This document shows, piece by piece, positions 25,976 to 38,581 of a DNA stretch of 64,000 nt; positions within the stretch are counted from its first letter, which is position 1; the number at the start of each line of letters is the position of its first letter. Position numbers and translations under genes: made by a program. The notes beneath the pieces were generated by a model. The model worked only from the letters and a program-made list of their open reading frames with translations, was not told the origin of the DNA and did no database searches. This stretch comes from Bigelowiella natans CCMP2755 (Eukaryota; Protista; Cercozoa), in the NCBI GenBank assembly GCA_000320545.1, contig ADNK01000179.1, forward strand, positions 59,005 through 123,004. The letters run 5' to 3'.

Positions 25976-27156
25976 GAATATAATACAAAGATCTGAGAGA
26001 AGATCTTGATTTTTGTGGAGATCACTCATCTCTGCGAAAGGTATCTTAGCTAGGCTTAGTTTATTAAGAAAAAATGGCCTGAGCAAGATTGATGAATCAC
26101 GAAAAATCCGAGCACAAAGAGAAGATGCTGTCTTGATACGATTCGTATGGCAGCAACCCAGGGCTACTCAATTACTACAGTGTACACATATATTTGAAAT
26201 TTATTTCTTTGTAACAACATACAAATAACATGAATGTAGTGGTAGCTAGCAAAACAGCGCGCTTGCATCTATTAGGCCAAGTGATTGGGCTATCTAGCTA
26301 TGTAGGATATGAACGCGTGTAAAAATTTGAAAATAGCATACGATGTATCGTACCATATCGCATAGCTGCTGCGTATCTAGGTATGTCCGCTATTGCTACG
26401 CTCTCGGTCATGGCTATCTAGCTATCTTCTCACTTCATCCTCGCTAGCTCTCTCCGCTAGGATTCATTGCCTGGATTGCGCAGCACAAGTCTAGCAAGCT
26501 AGCAAGTCTAAAAGTGAGCCACAACGAATCGCCAAGCTGGCGAATCTAAGTGTGTTTGTCATGCTACATGCTAGCATACTTAGATGGTCTCGATACGATC
26601 TAGCGATGGTGAGACGGATGTAATGAAATGTTTAAATTGTTTCAATGGTCATCCTAATGTAGCTGTGCAATGCAGCGGCTACAGCGCTTAAATTGTGTCT
26701 ATTTGTTTCCTTGGTCACATGGCGCATGCATGAAAATGCATCCTGTTTTGGTCTAGCATGGCTAGATGGCGCGCTTTGAGCGCAGCTTCTCTACTTGTAC
26801 GATACGATGGTACATCTAGTTATTTATTTACGCGTGCGCTCGATGCAAGTAAGTAACTTTGAACTCTCTAAGTCTAGAAGTCTAAGTGGACACGCTTCAG
26901 ATGTATCTAGATATCAAGATATGCTAGTATACCTAGCTAGCTAGATGCACTCAGAATGATCAAAATGCAAGATTTGACACTATTTACATGTGGAATCATG
27001 CAGGCTTCATTCAATATATAAGACGGTATGTTAAAATCGATGATTATATGAGGTCATGATTCAATTAAGCCAGAACATCGCTCTACGCTGATCTCGTTGC
27101 TCTTAGTACTGACGGGAAAGAGAGAAAACTTTCATTCTGATCCCAGTATCGAAGCA

Positions 27157-28746
27157 TCACGGAGATATTTTGTGCCCATCTTCTACCCCAACAACTACGT
27201 CGTCTGTGAACAATTTAATCAAATCTTTTGTAGCGATGCTGACTTCTAATTCATCCACGCCTTCTACCATAATGACCGCTTTACAATCGTGTCTGGCCAC
27301 AAAAGGATAAGTACCAAATTTGACTTTTTGATGCTTGTGTTGCAGCTGCGCCAGTTGTCTGGAGTACTTCGCCTCGTCGTTTATTGAGAGCAAAATTTTT
27401 TTGTGGTAGATACGCTGTTTGCATTCTGGATGTTTAAGCTGCAGGAAACGTATCACAAAACTTAACTTTTCTTGGAAGAATTTTGGGACTCCGGGAAGGA
27501 TGTACACGTTGTAGCATCTAAGAAGGGGATACTTGTTTCCTGGAACTTCTAAACACTGCGCTGGACTCGGAACCATCGCAAGTTTCCCAGCAATATTCGT
27601 TTCAACATTTCCCATTGCTTTAAGTAATTTTTCTTCCTGTCGTAAGCCGCAATGAAAAGCCTTGGCTACTGCGTGCATCGTAACATCATCATGAGTGGGT
27701 CCAACCCCTCCAGATGTCACGACGACATCAAAAGACCGGGAAAGCCTTCGAATGTGCTCACTAACTTGATTCACATCGTCTCCAACTATGACTAACTCTC
27801 CTAGGTCCATGTGCCCTTCTAGTAATTTTTGTGCTGCGTATGGAGTATTCTGGTCTCTCACCTTCATCGATAGAACTTCGTCGCCGGTTACTACTAACGC
27901 CACACGTAAACGTTTTGTACCCATTAGAGACTTCAGACGGAATTTCTGCGATGTCTTAGAATCTTGCCGTACCAACCTCTCGCTCTCCCAGTTCTGTAAT
28001 GTATACGCAGGACGGTATGTCCCATCTTTATTCAACAACAACGAATTGGGGAACGTGGAATGGCGGCTTCCTAGCGATGTGTAGCCTTTATCGTAGAGGG
28101 GGAAGTATGGAATCTTTAGATTTCGCAAGAAACGCCAAACAGAACCGTAATCCCAGTTTATTATGGGGTTTATCCGCATGAAAACGGGCCAGTCCTCTGA
28201 GGATGGAGAGTAAAATTCTCCAGATTTTCCATTCGGATCTGTACTCCGGGTGCCTATAACGAATGCCTTGAAACCCTTTGCCACTAGTCCCGCAAGGCCT
28301 TCCTTATACCCACACAGTAACACAGTAAGATTTATTTTATACTTCTTGCAGGTTGATTCCACAAACGGAAGTGTCCCTTCGAAGGCTTTGTCGGGGTTGT
28401 GGAAGTAGACTGCACTTAGCGTGGCAGCTTTGCGACTAGGATTTCCCGCAGCATACTTTTCAAGCGCTGCCAAGCTCAAGTGAAGGACGGCCGTTGCATC
28501 CTTGCCCCCATTGAAGCTAATCATCATTTTCCCAGGACTATAGATGCGCATGGCAGCGGCCATCACATCGACGCTCTCCTTGAACAACGAGTCAGTTCCT
28601 GTCTCTATTTGAGTTAGAAGAGATTCCTCCACCCTTGACCCTCCACTCCGTTTGCAAGAAAGCCGAGCTCTGGATAGAAGAACATATGTTGCGACTAGAG
28701 CAGCGGAGGCCTGGACAATCAGGCCACCAACTCCTCCCTCCGCCAT
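27157..28746 (-). CDS. FLAD1: FAD synthase (PAPS-reductase-like domain plus C-terminal molybdopterin-binding/CinA-like domain); intronless
   Basis: ISFNGGKDATAVLHL, IGTRSTDPNG, MRINPIINWDY, LYDKGYTSLG, then VTGDEVLS and SGGVGPTHDDVT. Confidence 0.93.
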   Translation of the reverse strand: MAEGGVGGLIVQASAALVATYVLLSRARLSCKRSGGSRVEESLLTQIETGTDSLFKESVDVMAAAMRIYSPGKMMISFNGGKDATAVLHLSLAALEKYAAGNPSRKAATLSAVYFHNPDKAFEGTLPFVESTCKKYKINLTVLLCGYKEGLAGLVAKGFKAFVIGTRSTDPNGKSGEFYSPSSEDWPVFMRINPIINWDYGSVWRFLRNLKIPYFPLYDKGYTSLGSRHSTFPNSLLLNKDGTYRPAYTLQNWESERLVRQDSKTSQKFRLKSLMGTKRLRVALVVTGDEVLSMKVRDQNTPYAAQKLLEGHMDLGELVIVGDDVNQVSEHIRRLSRSFDVVVTSGGVGPTHDDVTMHAVAKAFHCGLRQEEKLLKAMGNVETNIAGKLAMVPSPAQCLEVPGNKYPLLRCYNVYILPGVPKFFQEKLSFVIRFLQLKHPECKQRIYHKKILLSINDEAKYSRQLAQLQHKHQKVKFGTYPFVARHDCKAVIMVEGVDELEVSIATKDLIKLFTDDVVVGVEDGHKISP

Positions 28747-29103
28747 TTAGCTGGCGGGTTGGGTTCAGCTCTCCTGTGCGTGTCGTGTGTGTTCACACCC
28801 GAGATCGGGGGACAGGGGTTTGCACGCCGTTAGGAGACACTCCTTAGCAGTAAGTTTAGGACCGTTCTCGTCAGATATCATCCGCATCAAAAACATCCAA
28901 AACATAGCAACAAAGGCAATAATCCAGAGGCCTTCTTCATGAACACTACTCGCAACTTATCGTTGTCGTAGGATAGTTTCCGTATGAGTTCTCGTTGCTT
29001 ATTTGAGAGATTTTTTGGAGATGATGCCGAGACTGCATGGATCATTGCTTGGCTGATCTCGTCATCCTCTCTGGAATCCAAACCGCCCGCACCGAATCAG
29101 AAG

Positions 29104-30769
29104 ATGGCGATGTCGGCGCTGCTTCTGCTCCTCCTCCTAACTCCGGACCACGCGCATGCTGACCTCTTCGAGTACCACTGGACTACGCTAAATCTTGGAA
29201 ACTACTTGGTGAGGCGGGTGGAAATGTTCAGGTATGATATATGGAAAGAATCCGATCATGAAAAACCTTGACGAGTTGCGTGCTTATAGTCCCAAAGACC
29301 AGCCTGCAGATACTCCTCCGGGAAACGGAAATGCATATATTCAACTAGAGTGTAAGCCTCAACCAATTTACTTGCCCACGTGACATCTTCTAGCCTATGA
29401 TATTACCTTTAAGCGATATTCTTCTGTACAGTGAATTTCCAGCGCAAAATTGTCAATGATACTGCTCACATGGAGAATGAAGGAGAGATAGAATTTGCCA
29501 CAGTCCAGGATCACTCGCTCAAAATCGGCTACACGCACAATGAGAAAGTATTCGATAAGATTTGAATCAGCGGTTTGGTGTATGATCTGATTTGGCCCGC
29601 TCTTATTTTGCTTTCAGCATTACTTTTGTTGCACGCGCCAACTGGCGGAGAAGATCAATAATGACGTCTGCAATGAAAATCTCATCAATCGCATGATCAT
29701 ACTCAACAAGGATGTAATCGCCACAAAGAAAAACTCCGAAGTCTCGTTCAATTCACTGAAGCTAACTTGCCACGGGTATGCACTGTTCAGATCAAAGCGA
29801 AGAAGATCGTTTTCCAGGCCAACAAAGCTACAGCTTCCGCGCACTCGAAAAACTCGGTTCTTCCAATTGCAAGAGACATCTTTGGGTTATTTTGAAATCG
29901 CGGTGTTCTGTTCAGAAATTTGGGATAACGAAGTCGGGGCCACACATACTGGTGATGTCGAATTGCGACCCTCGGTTGTCGGGCTTTGATGTCAAGTTTA
30001 AGGGCAGCACCGTATGGATGAACCCCTACGGCTATCTTCCTGCTACACTTTACTACTTCATTCCGTTCTTCGGCACAATGGCGCTCGTATACGGGGTGAA
30101 TATAGTGTTCAAATTTGTTCCAATTGGTGGCGCATTGTTGATGTATTGCCTCCTCCTCTATCATCAGGCCCTTGCTTTGGTATGGTTGATTTTGAATGCA
30201 ATCCATTGGAAGGACATCGTGTCTTTGCAGAATTATATCACGTGCGTGATGGCTGTGTGCCTCATTGAGAACATGGTCCTGTATTTTGACTACGTCAACT
30301 TCAACGGTAATGCAGTACATCTCGTAGTCCCCCCCCCCCCCCCCCCCCCTGCCCCTTTCTCTGCTTGGGTCACCTAAAAACGACGACTTCACCATAACCC
30401 CTGTAACAACAGAACATGGCCGTCGTCATCATTTCACCCTCGTCCTGGGAGTCTTGGTGACGATGTTCCGACGAACAATCTCTCGGATGCTCATCATGGC
30501 TGTGAGTATCGGTTTCGCGATTGTGCGGCCGGACTTAGGGAAGAACAAGAAACATATCATCAACTTTGGCCTCGTGTACTTCTGTCTCGGCCTTACGCAA
30601 CAGATTCTTATCGATTTGGCCAAAGTCCATACAAGTAAGGAATCGAAAGAGACGAGAGACGGGGAGAACATTCTTTGCTTCTTATTTGTTTCATTAAGAT
30701 TTAGATGTAAGTGTGAATATATGTCTTTTTGTCTACGTGTCTACATACAAGGATGGATGGATGGATGGA

Positions 30770-30839
<70 letters not shown>

Positions 30840-30940
30840 TTGTGTAATTACATATATTAATATAATTTTTCTTGAATTATATTAGACATTAGCGATCACT
30901 GGAGGACTCTCCTGGCAATACCTGTCGCTGCTGCGGGTCT

Positions 30941-30975
<35 letters not shown>

Positions 30976-31186
30976 ATGATTTTGTTTCCTATGGTGTTTT
31001 AAAACTAATCTGGCACTGAAGACACCCCTCATTATCATCATCATCACCATCTCTCATGCTCTCATGATCTCTCTAGACTCGGGGTGCTATTGGTTTATCT
31101 TCATTTCGCTATACCACTTGATAACCATGCTTCGAGTACGCCAGCAGCTGGTCAAGCTTGCCGTGTACAAGGTACTTTTGATGCCG

Positions 31187-31220
<34 letters not shown>

Positions 31221-31258
31221 AAACGGCAAGGGGAACAATATAACATAGATGAGGCAGG

Positions 31259-31305
<47 letters not shown>

Positions 31306-32269
31306 ATAGCATATTTGGATATCGTACCTTCTTCCATGAAATCTTGCCCTCCCCCCTCGTGCAGATAATGTTGTTGAGTGTTGCTTCATCATCCGATGCC
31401 CTAAACATCATGGGGCTTTGAAGTCATACTAATCTCCTTCATTATTTGGCTGCTGTTCGTGTTCGTATACAGACTTTCACCAAAGTCCTGATATTCTCAT
31501 TGGTATGTGCTACCGTCTTCAGCTGCTACCACCTGTAAGATTGATAGATGCACGTATCGAAGACAGCATAAACAAAACGAGATAAACACGGAATTGTACA
31601 CATCACGCGCACACACGATGTCTATTTGCTCTGAGTAGCCATCACGATGATTACTGATACTGTTCCCCGATTTTCCTTGTGCAATCGCATTTAAGGTATT
31701 TGACTTCGACGAATCAAGTGATACAGAGTTGGCGAATCTGGTGGTTTTTAGATGAGGGTATTTGGAACATTCTGTTCTCCGTGATCTTCTTTGCGATCTG
31801 CTTCCTCTTCCGACCCAGCCAATCTGCAAAGCGATACGCATACTCCCAGGTAACGAACGCTCATCTCTGTGAAGAATCACATGCCATTGCCCTGGTGCCA
31901 TCGTGAGCCAACCGTTGCTGTTTTCGCTTGTAGCCATTGGCCGTCTCATTCTTCCGAACGTTGCGTGTTTACATATCAGCTAAGTACCGACATGGATGAT
32001 GAGTTTGGATTGGAAGATGAGGGTGCTATTGAGATGGATGATGTCGGGGAGCAGGACGAGTAAGCAGTCTAAGCAGCACATGCGAAAGAGCGGCATGGAA
32101 TAACTCTCATTTCCATTTTATAGCTCATCTAGGCGCACGATGCCTCTTTTAATCACTCTTCTGGTTTTTGTTTCTAATTCAATTTTGGCCTTTTCGCAGG
32201 CCGTTGTTCACCTTGGGGGATGATGACATCGAGCCGGTGGTGGACAAGAAGACAGCCAAGATCGACTAA
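29104..32269 (+). CDS. Lung seven-transmembrane receptor family protein (GPR107/TMEM87-like)
   Basis: Signal peptide, then WMNPYGYLPA, LQNYITCVMAVCLIEN, RRTISRMLIMAVSIGFAIVRPDLG, RVRQQLVKLAVY, FLFRPSQSAKRYAYSQ and a last exon ...VDKKTAKID*. Confidence 0.9.
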
Positions 32270-33293
32270 ACGATGACACTGCTAGTATAATAGCTAGACG
32301 CGTCTCGCGATATATCCCACCATACCCATGTGAAAGTAATATCCGATCAAACTCAGTGTTGGGTATTTGCAAGAAGAAAGGATGCTTATTAGGTGTATTA
32401 CTTTGTGAGATGTGCAAGAAATATTAATTATAGCAAACTTCATGAGCATGGCTACGGCGCCTCGAGGCGCCTCTAGTCCAATAAGTGCATGCATGTGCTA
32501 TGCACTTCTACATGACATGTGATGAAGAGGTTGCTAATGGCATGCATGTATACGTGTATCGTATCGTATGGCCCGCGCACGCAAGAGTCCACACGTGTCG
32601 TACACTGTCGACTGCTACGGATTATGTAGGCCAGTTCATGCATACCGAATTATTCTAGCAGTATTGTGCGAGCGAGTGCACATGCTAGCTAGCATGAGCG
32701 GCGCGATGCGCTACTCATCCATGCCTACAACGCTAGGCACGCTGATGCACACTGCACGCATGGAACTAAACATTCTCTACTGACGACGCAGTTGCATGAC
32801 AGTTCACAGTTATATGTTGAGGAGGTATGTATCGCATACCGTTGCTAGACACGGGCTAACAAGCAGCAAGGCTTACATGCACACATGCACATAATGCTTC
32901 ATTTATTTCAGTCCACTATATTAGGGTGAAAGTTAGAAAGGGAGGCAAGTCATGCCTCGAGGATTTACCTGCTACAATTAGTTCTACGGTTATTACATAC
33001 AATATCAAGGCGTTTTCGTGACTTAAATTAATTCGATTTAATGATAGTAGTAAACGTTACATTGATGAGACTCCACAAACTTGTGTGCGGATTCTTACTC
33101 AAAGCATGAGAGCGGCTGAATGTAGAGCGTCGCGAGCAAGCGACGTGGTCATAGTTTGCAAGTGTTGACGGCTTTCACATTTTACTACAGTGGTGAGATC
33201 TGGCAAAATCTCGTGTTAGAGTTTCTTTACACTATTCTTATGTTATTCATTACTACAGACTGCGATGCAGCGACTTCCTGACATCCACAGTAT

Positions 33294-34014
33294 TCATCTA
33301 TCGGCCGTATCGGTGTACCCGTTGTAACGGTGTTGGAAGGAATTGATCCTCCCTTGGGAGGAGGGGCCCAGCGACCTTTGCGTCGCCATGTTTCGAATTT
33401 TGTTACGACGAGCCGAAAATGAAGGGGAGGGGTTGCGGAAGGCTGATCGAGCTTGGTTGGCAGTGATGGAGGGAGCTTGCATGTACGCTGAGGAATGCCT
33501 TTGGGGCTGGTATTGTGGGTGTTTGAAGCGATCAACTGGATTCGAGTAGGTCTGATAGTGGGGCGTGTAGGGGCGAACAGATTCATCACGCAGCTGGCGT
33601 TGGCTTCTCTGTGATGATGATGGAAAAAGTTGTCTTTGTGACCAGGAGGGACTCTCCCGTGATTGCTCTCTTCTCGAATGGATTTGATTTGGATGTTCCT
33701 TAGCAGAACTGTATCTGAAGGATGGATTTTGCTGCTGATATAATCTGGGCGTATCGCCGAGAAGACGAGCATCTGCTTTCACATCGTAGTCTCTTCTACC
33801 AGGCAGCTCCTTCTGGCTTCTTTCTGGACGGAAAAATCATCAAAGACAAGTGTTCTCACTTTCCCCGTACGCTTTCCCATGCTTTTCACAAAGATCTCTC
33901 TGATATTGATACTACTCCTCCACCTATGAAGAAAAACCATCTCTGCTTTCCCCGATCAACGATCATAGCATGCACGCACGCTTGCGGTGACTGATTTGTT
34001 ATTACGTCAAATCG

Positions 34015-34055
<41 letters not shown>

Positions 34056-37000
34056 CTGCCATATTCGTTTCATACCCGATTTCTTGCTGACAGGTACGAT
34101 GTTCCCTCTTGTTATCGAGGAGGTGCTGCTGCTGCCCAGGTTGCCATTAGCATTCTCGTCGAAGAGCGTTCGATCGGCGAGATGGTTTGGCACATTTAAC
34201 GCCCCGTATTGCAACTGAATAGTAAAGAATCAATACGTTTATGGTATGCTATCTCAAGATATCTCGAAACATTTCATGGATATATGGGTGTCGCTGTGTT
34301 GTTGCGCCATTACTCCCTACCCTTTGCAGCTGCATGCGAACAAATGCGGAGAGACTTCGGACTCTATCCGGCCTTGCGAGCACTGGCCTGAGAGCGGTGA
34401 GCAGTCTCTCCATCTCTCGATCCCCTAAAGAGTCCAAACTCGTGGTCATCTGCGGCTCATTTCCAACCAATATTCGCAACCGTCGCTCCTCCCACACGCG
34501 ACGGCGCCGATATGCCGCATCATCAAATGGTGTGTGCTCCTCCCAGCCCCCTCCTCCTCCTCCGCCTCCCCCTTCTGTTGTGTAATGTGCCTCTGCTTCC
34601 TCCATTCTCTCCTCCTCGAATTGCCGCCGCCCTCGGTACGTGTCGCGGTCTGCTATTGGCTCCGAGTTGATTGGAGGCGAGGCTGACCTCCATCGCATGG
34701 GCGCCATTGCTGCTGCACGGCGGCCTGATCTGCTCACCCCCCGGCTGTTGATTCTCCTTGCTCCTCCACTGTCGTCGTTGTTATCGAGAAACGTCCTTCT
34801 GTTTGCTGCCACCGAGGAGCCACGGCTGATGCTGCTGGTCTTTTCGTAGTATGGAACTGGGCTGTTTCTGCTCTGGAGGAAAGCAGCAGGGATGTAAGGA
34901 GAAGGAGGGCGCAACCGTATTATCATGTGCGAAGGGGGAGGGGGGGGGGGAGGAGAAGCAGAGTGATGATGATGAGGATGGTGGTGGTGATGGAGTGCAG
35001 CAATGTGGTCATCATCCTGCGCCCCTTGCTCATGCTGCGAAGGTGGCTCGACGCTATTTCTGGACTGAAGCGCATACCCACTCGCAAACATGGCCGATGA
35101 GGGCGGCTGGGGAATGGCCGCTGCTGCTGTCGCTACTGCCGCTGTCGGGGTGCTTTGCTGAGATGATTGTCGCTGGACGGCAAGGCGTCGTGGCGATGTG
35201 GCGCGGCTGCGGTGATAAGGCGACGGGGATATACGCTCCACAAGAGACACAAGCTCACGTGACGGTATCTCCTTGAACACTGGTTTCGTCGGTTTGGGCG
35301 TGGGCTTTGGGGTGGGCTTTGGGGTAGGCCTTGGGGTAGGCCTTGGGGTAGGGGAGGGGGTGGGCTTTGGGGTAGGGTAGAGCTCATTATGATTCCTCCT
35401 TTTGCTCTTGTCGGACTGGATGGGTTTGGTAGCGGCAGCAGGAGGATTTGTTGGCTTCTTACTCTTGTCATTTGACGTTGGCCAACGGAGCGGGGATTGC
35501 GAACGGGGGTATTGCGACCGGAAATAGTAGTGATGCTCCTCCTCCTCCTGCTGCTGCTGAGATGATGTGTTGGGGACCAAATTGGGGATGGATCGAGAGG
35601 GGAACGTCGGCCTCTGCTGCTGCAGTTGTTGTTGTTGTTGTTGTTGTTGTATGGGAGGAGGAGGAGGAGGAGGAGTTGGTGGTATAGCTGCTGCTGGAGA
35701 TTGTTGTCTTCTTTGTTGTTGTCGCAGCCGATGATATGCCGTTTCTTGTTCTCCGGAGTTTGACGACGCAGAGGGCATAAGCGGATACGACTGCTGTTGC
35801 TCTTGCTGCTGATGTAGCTCCCACTGTGGAGGCGGTGGTGCGTACATTTGTGCTGCTGATGCTGCTTGTAGCTGATTCGGCGATGCTGATGGCATAGTGA
35901 TTTGTGATGGGTCACTGCTCACTTGGCCACCGTAGAAGTGGTCTTGGTCGTTCTGCTGGTGCTGATGCTGTTGATATGCTGGTAGGGTTGTGGGGGAGAT
36001 CGTCTGAGAGTCACGCGAGAAGGGCGAAGCTGATTCAGGAGTATTTGTCTGTATTGCTCGTTGTGGATTCTGCTGGAGCAGCTGCATGGGAGGTGCGTGT
36101 GTTGTTACTGGGGGGGCTGCCAATGCTGGCTTTGTTGTCGTTGGAGTGGGTCTGTGTGGGGACTTCTCGGGTCGTATCGTCGGGTAATTCTCCATTGTCT
36201 TTTGAGATGTTGTCGCTGTAGTTGTTGCTGTTTTTGCCGCTGTTGTTGTGGTAGTCATCATCCCAGCTGGCTCTTCCATCGACAATGCCCGCTGTCTTTC
36301 ATAATCCAAACTATCACTGAGCGCTTTGCCCCCCCCCTTGCTTGGCACGGGCATGTCATCTGCGGGCAGTGCTTTGGCCGTCTCCTCATTTTCTCTTGCC
36401 GCAGACGATGGAGGTTGTTCCGAGTTGCTGTTGTGTAGAGCAGCATTGGAAGAATCATGATCACCGGTGTTATCATCATCATCATCATCATCACGACGAT
36501 GGTGGCGGCGATCGTCGGAGTCTAGAGCCATTCGCATGAGAACCGTGGGATGGACCCCCGACTGCGAGGAAGGCAGGATATACTCCCTTGCTGCAACCAT
36601 GCTACCAGCCAGCGGCCGCTCTGATAAGATGCCGCTTTCCGTACCTGATTCAAGGTAGAAATCTTGGGAATGGAAGGGACAAGCAGTATTGCCTTTGTGT
36701 GTGTGTGTGTGTGCGCGCGCGCGCGTGTGTGTTCATGACCGTTCCAGCGTTAACTTTGTTTATATATTATAGCGTATAATTCTACCAGAGAGTCGCCATA
36801 AGCGCCACAGTTTACCGCCTCTTCTCGCTTGCTCGATGATTTGGCTTATTGTGTCGTCGTCATCATAACGTTGCTCAGTGTTGAAAGCTGCGTTAATCGG
36901 GAGAGATGTCGAGACATTGAAAAGTAGCCATTGCAGCGCCCGGATGGTTAGCATCGACTCATCGTCTGGTTTGACGACGTTGTGTCCAGCAGCAGCCTTG

Positions 37001-37338
37001 GGGGAGAAGATGCTTGTACTAGGCGATGCGTGCATGTGAGATATCGGGGGTAGGAGGAGCACGTTGCATGATTCCTCGTTCAGCCACTCAACGAGGATGC
37101 GATGAGTTTTGTCTAGGTTCGGAGGGATATTGGCACTTGACGAAATACGAGCCAGTGCTCCTCTGAATATCGCTACTATCGATGCTGTAGTCATGTTGCC
37201 CACCCCCCACATATGTATTGCTGGCGGATTGCTACCACGACGGAGCGGTTGTCCAAGCTCCAATGGAAATCTATATTATGATAATAATAGCACGCACACA
37301 CACACACACACACACACAACTTATTACATTTTCACTAA

Positions 37339-37376
<38 letters not shown>

Positions 37377-38164
37377 TGTGTTGTGTGCACATGTACACCT
37401 ACGTGTTTTAACGGATCTTCCTCTATTTTCCTCGTTTATTTTGGATATTAAAATTATATATACTAACCTTAATTCGCGTTTTTGGGGATCGGTAAGATTG
37501 TGCTCTCCATCAAGAAGCACGAGGTTATTTCTCGCATCCTTGGATGGAATAACCTTCATGAATATCTTCTTCTTTATCTGTCGGTTTGCGAATGTGGCTT
37601 TGTTTTTCGCATGTCGAAACTGCCGTGATTCCTCTAAAGTTTTTGGTGTGGTGAAAGGCCATGGCAGCGATGATGGCCCCGTATTGGCCAATGATCCATA
37701 GATTCCTAACAAACACCACGAATAAGGGTCATCTTTTGTGTTCAAGCGTTTGCTATACTTCTCCACCTGCAGCCGGCGGCTTCACAAATTGGCGAAAATA
37801 TCCCTTTGGAAGCAAATCTATCGGAGCATGAACTTCTGAATATTCGTCGCCAAGGCTAACGATATTAAAGTACTCGTCTTGGAACCTGGAACGTCAAAAT
37901 GTGCGCTTGAGCGTGGAGAGATAAAAAAGACAGCAGTTTTTCACACAATCACGGCAAAGCTTTTCTCCGCCCTTGCTACCTGGATAATGATTGAAGCTGC
38001 AACCTCGGTTCTTGCGGATTTTCATGCTGGTCCTCATGTGGGAGAGACCGTAACACAACGACGACGACGTAGGCAAGGGCAGCAACTACCCAACAAAGTT
38101 CCGCCCTCAAGAGGGATCTCCATCGCCTCTCCAGGGAGTGTCGATGAAAACCATACTCTGGCAT
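33294..38164 (-). CDS. Large protein: hydrophobic N-terminal leader, NCBP3-like (DUF2414) RRM domain and a long low-complexity C-terminus
   Basis: PPAIHMWGVGNMTTASIVAIF...VEWLNEESCNVLL...RALQWL...LWRL...VLMRMALDSD follows the NCBP3 pattern (lhirGvd.lst.di / vEWidD.ScNvvf / L.vR.A...D) and runs into the 783-aa ORF. The 3' exons are not fully resolved. Confidence 0.65.
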
Positions 38165-38518
38165 TTACGAAACTTCGAAATCCGGTCGACTCGTTGGAAA
38201 TTGAGTCATAAGGGACTGGAAGGCAGAGGGATAGAGGCCCCCGCCATTTTTTGTCGTCTTGTCCGTCGAAGGTGTTGTGGTTGTTGTAGTTGTTGTATTG
38301 ACAAATCAGGTAGACTACAAGATCCTACTATGAACTACTATCGATAAAGTAGTCCATAAATTGATATTAAAACATCTGAAGTATTTATGCCACAGAATCT
38401 ACTTCTTATAATAATCTGATACATTGCTACGAGTGCGACAGACACAAATGTCCAAAATTTGTTCGGAACATAACCAGCAAGTGTATTCCCCCCTCCCTAC
38501 TTCCCTCCCGCTCTCTCT

Positions 38519-38566
<48 letters not shown>

Positions 38567-38581
38567 CCTCTCCCTCTCCCC

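Noticed and set aside
35290-35380. G-run repeat suggesting a G-quadruplex (also 48388-48420)
   Set aside because: It is explained by coding for PTPKPTP and GR repeats.
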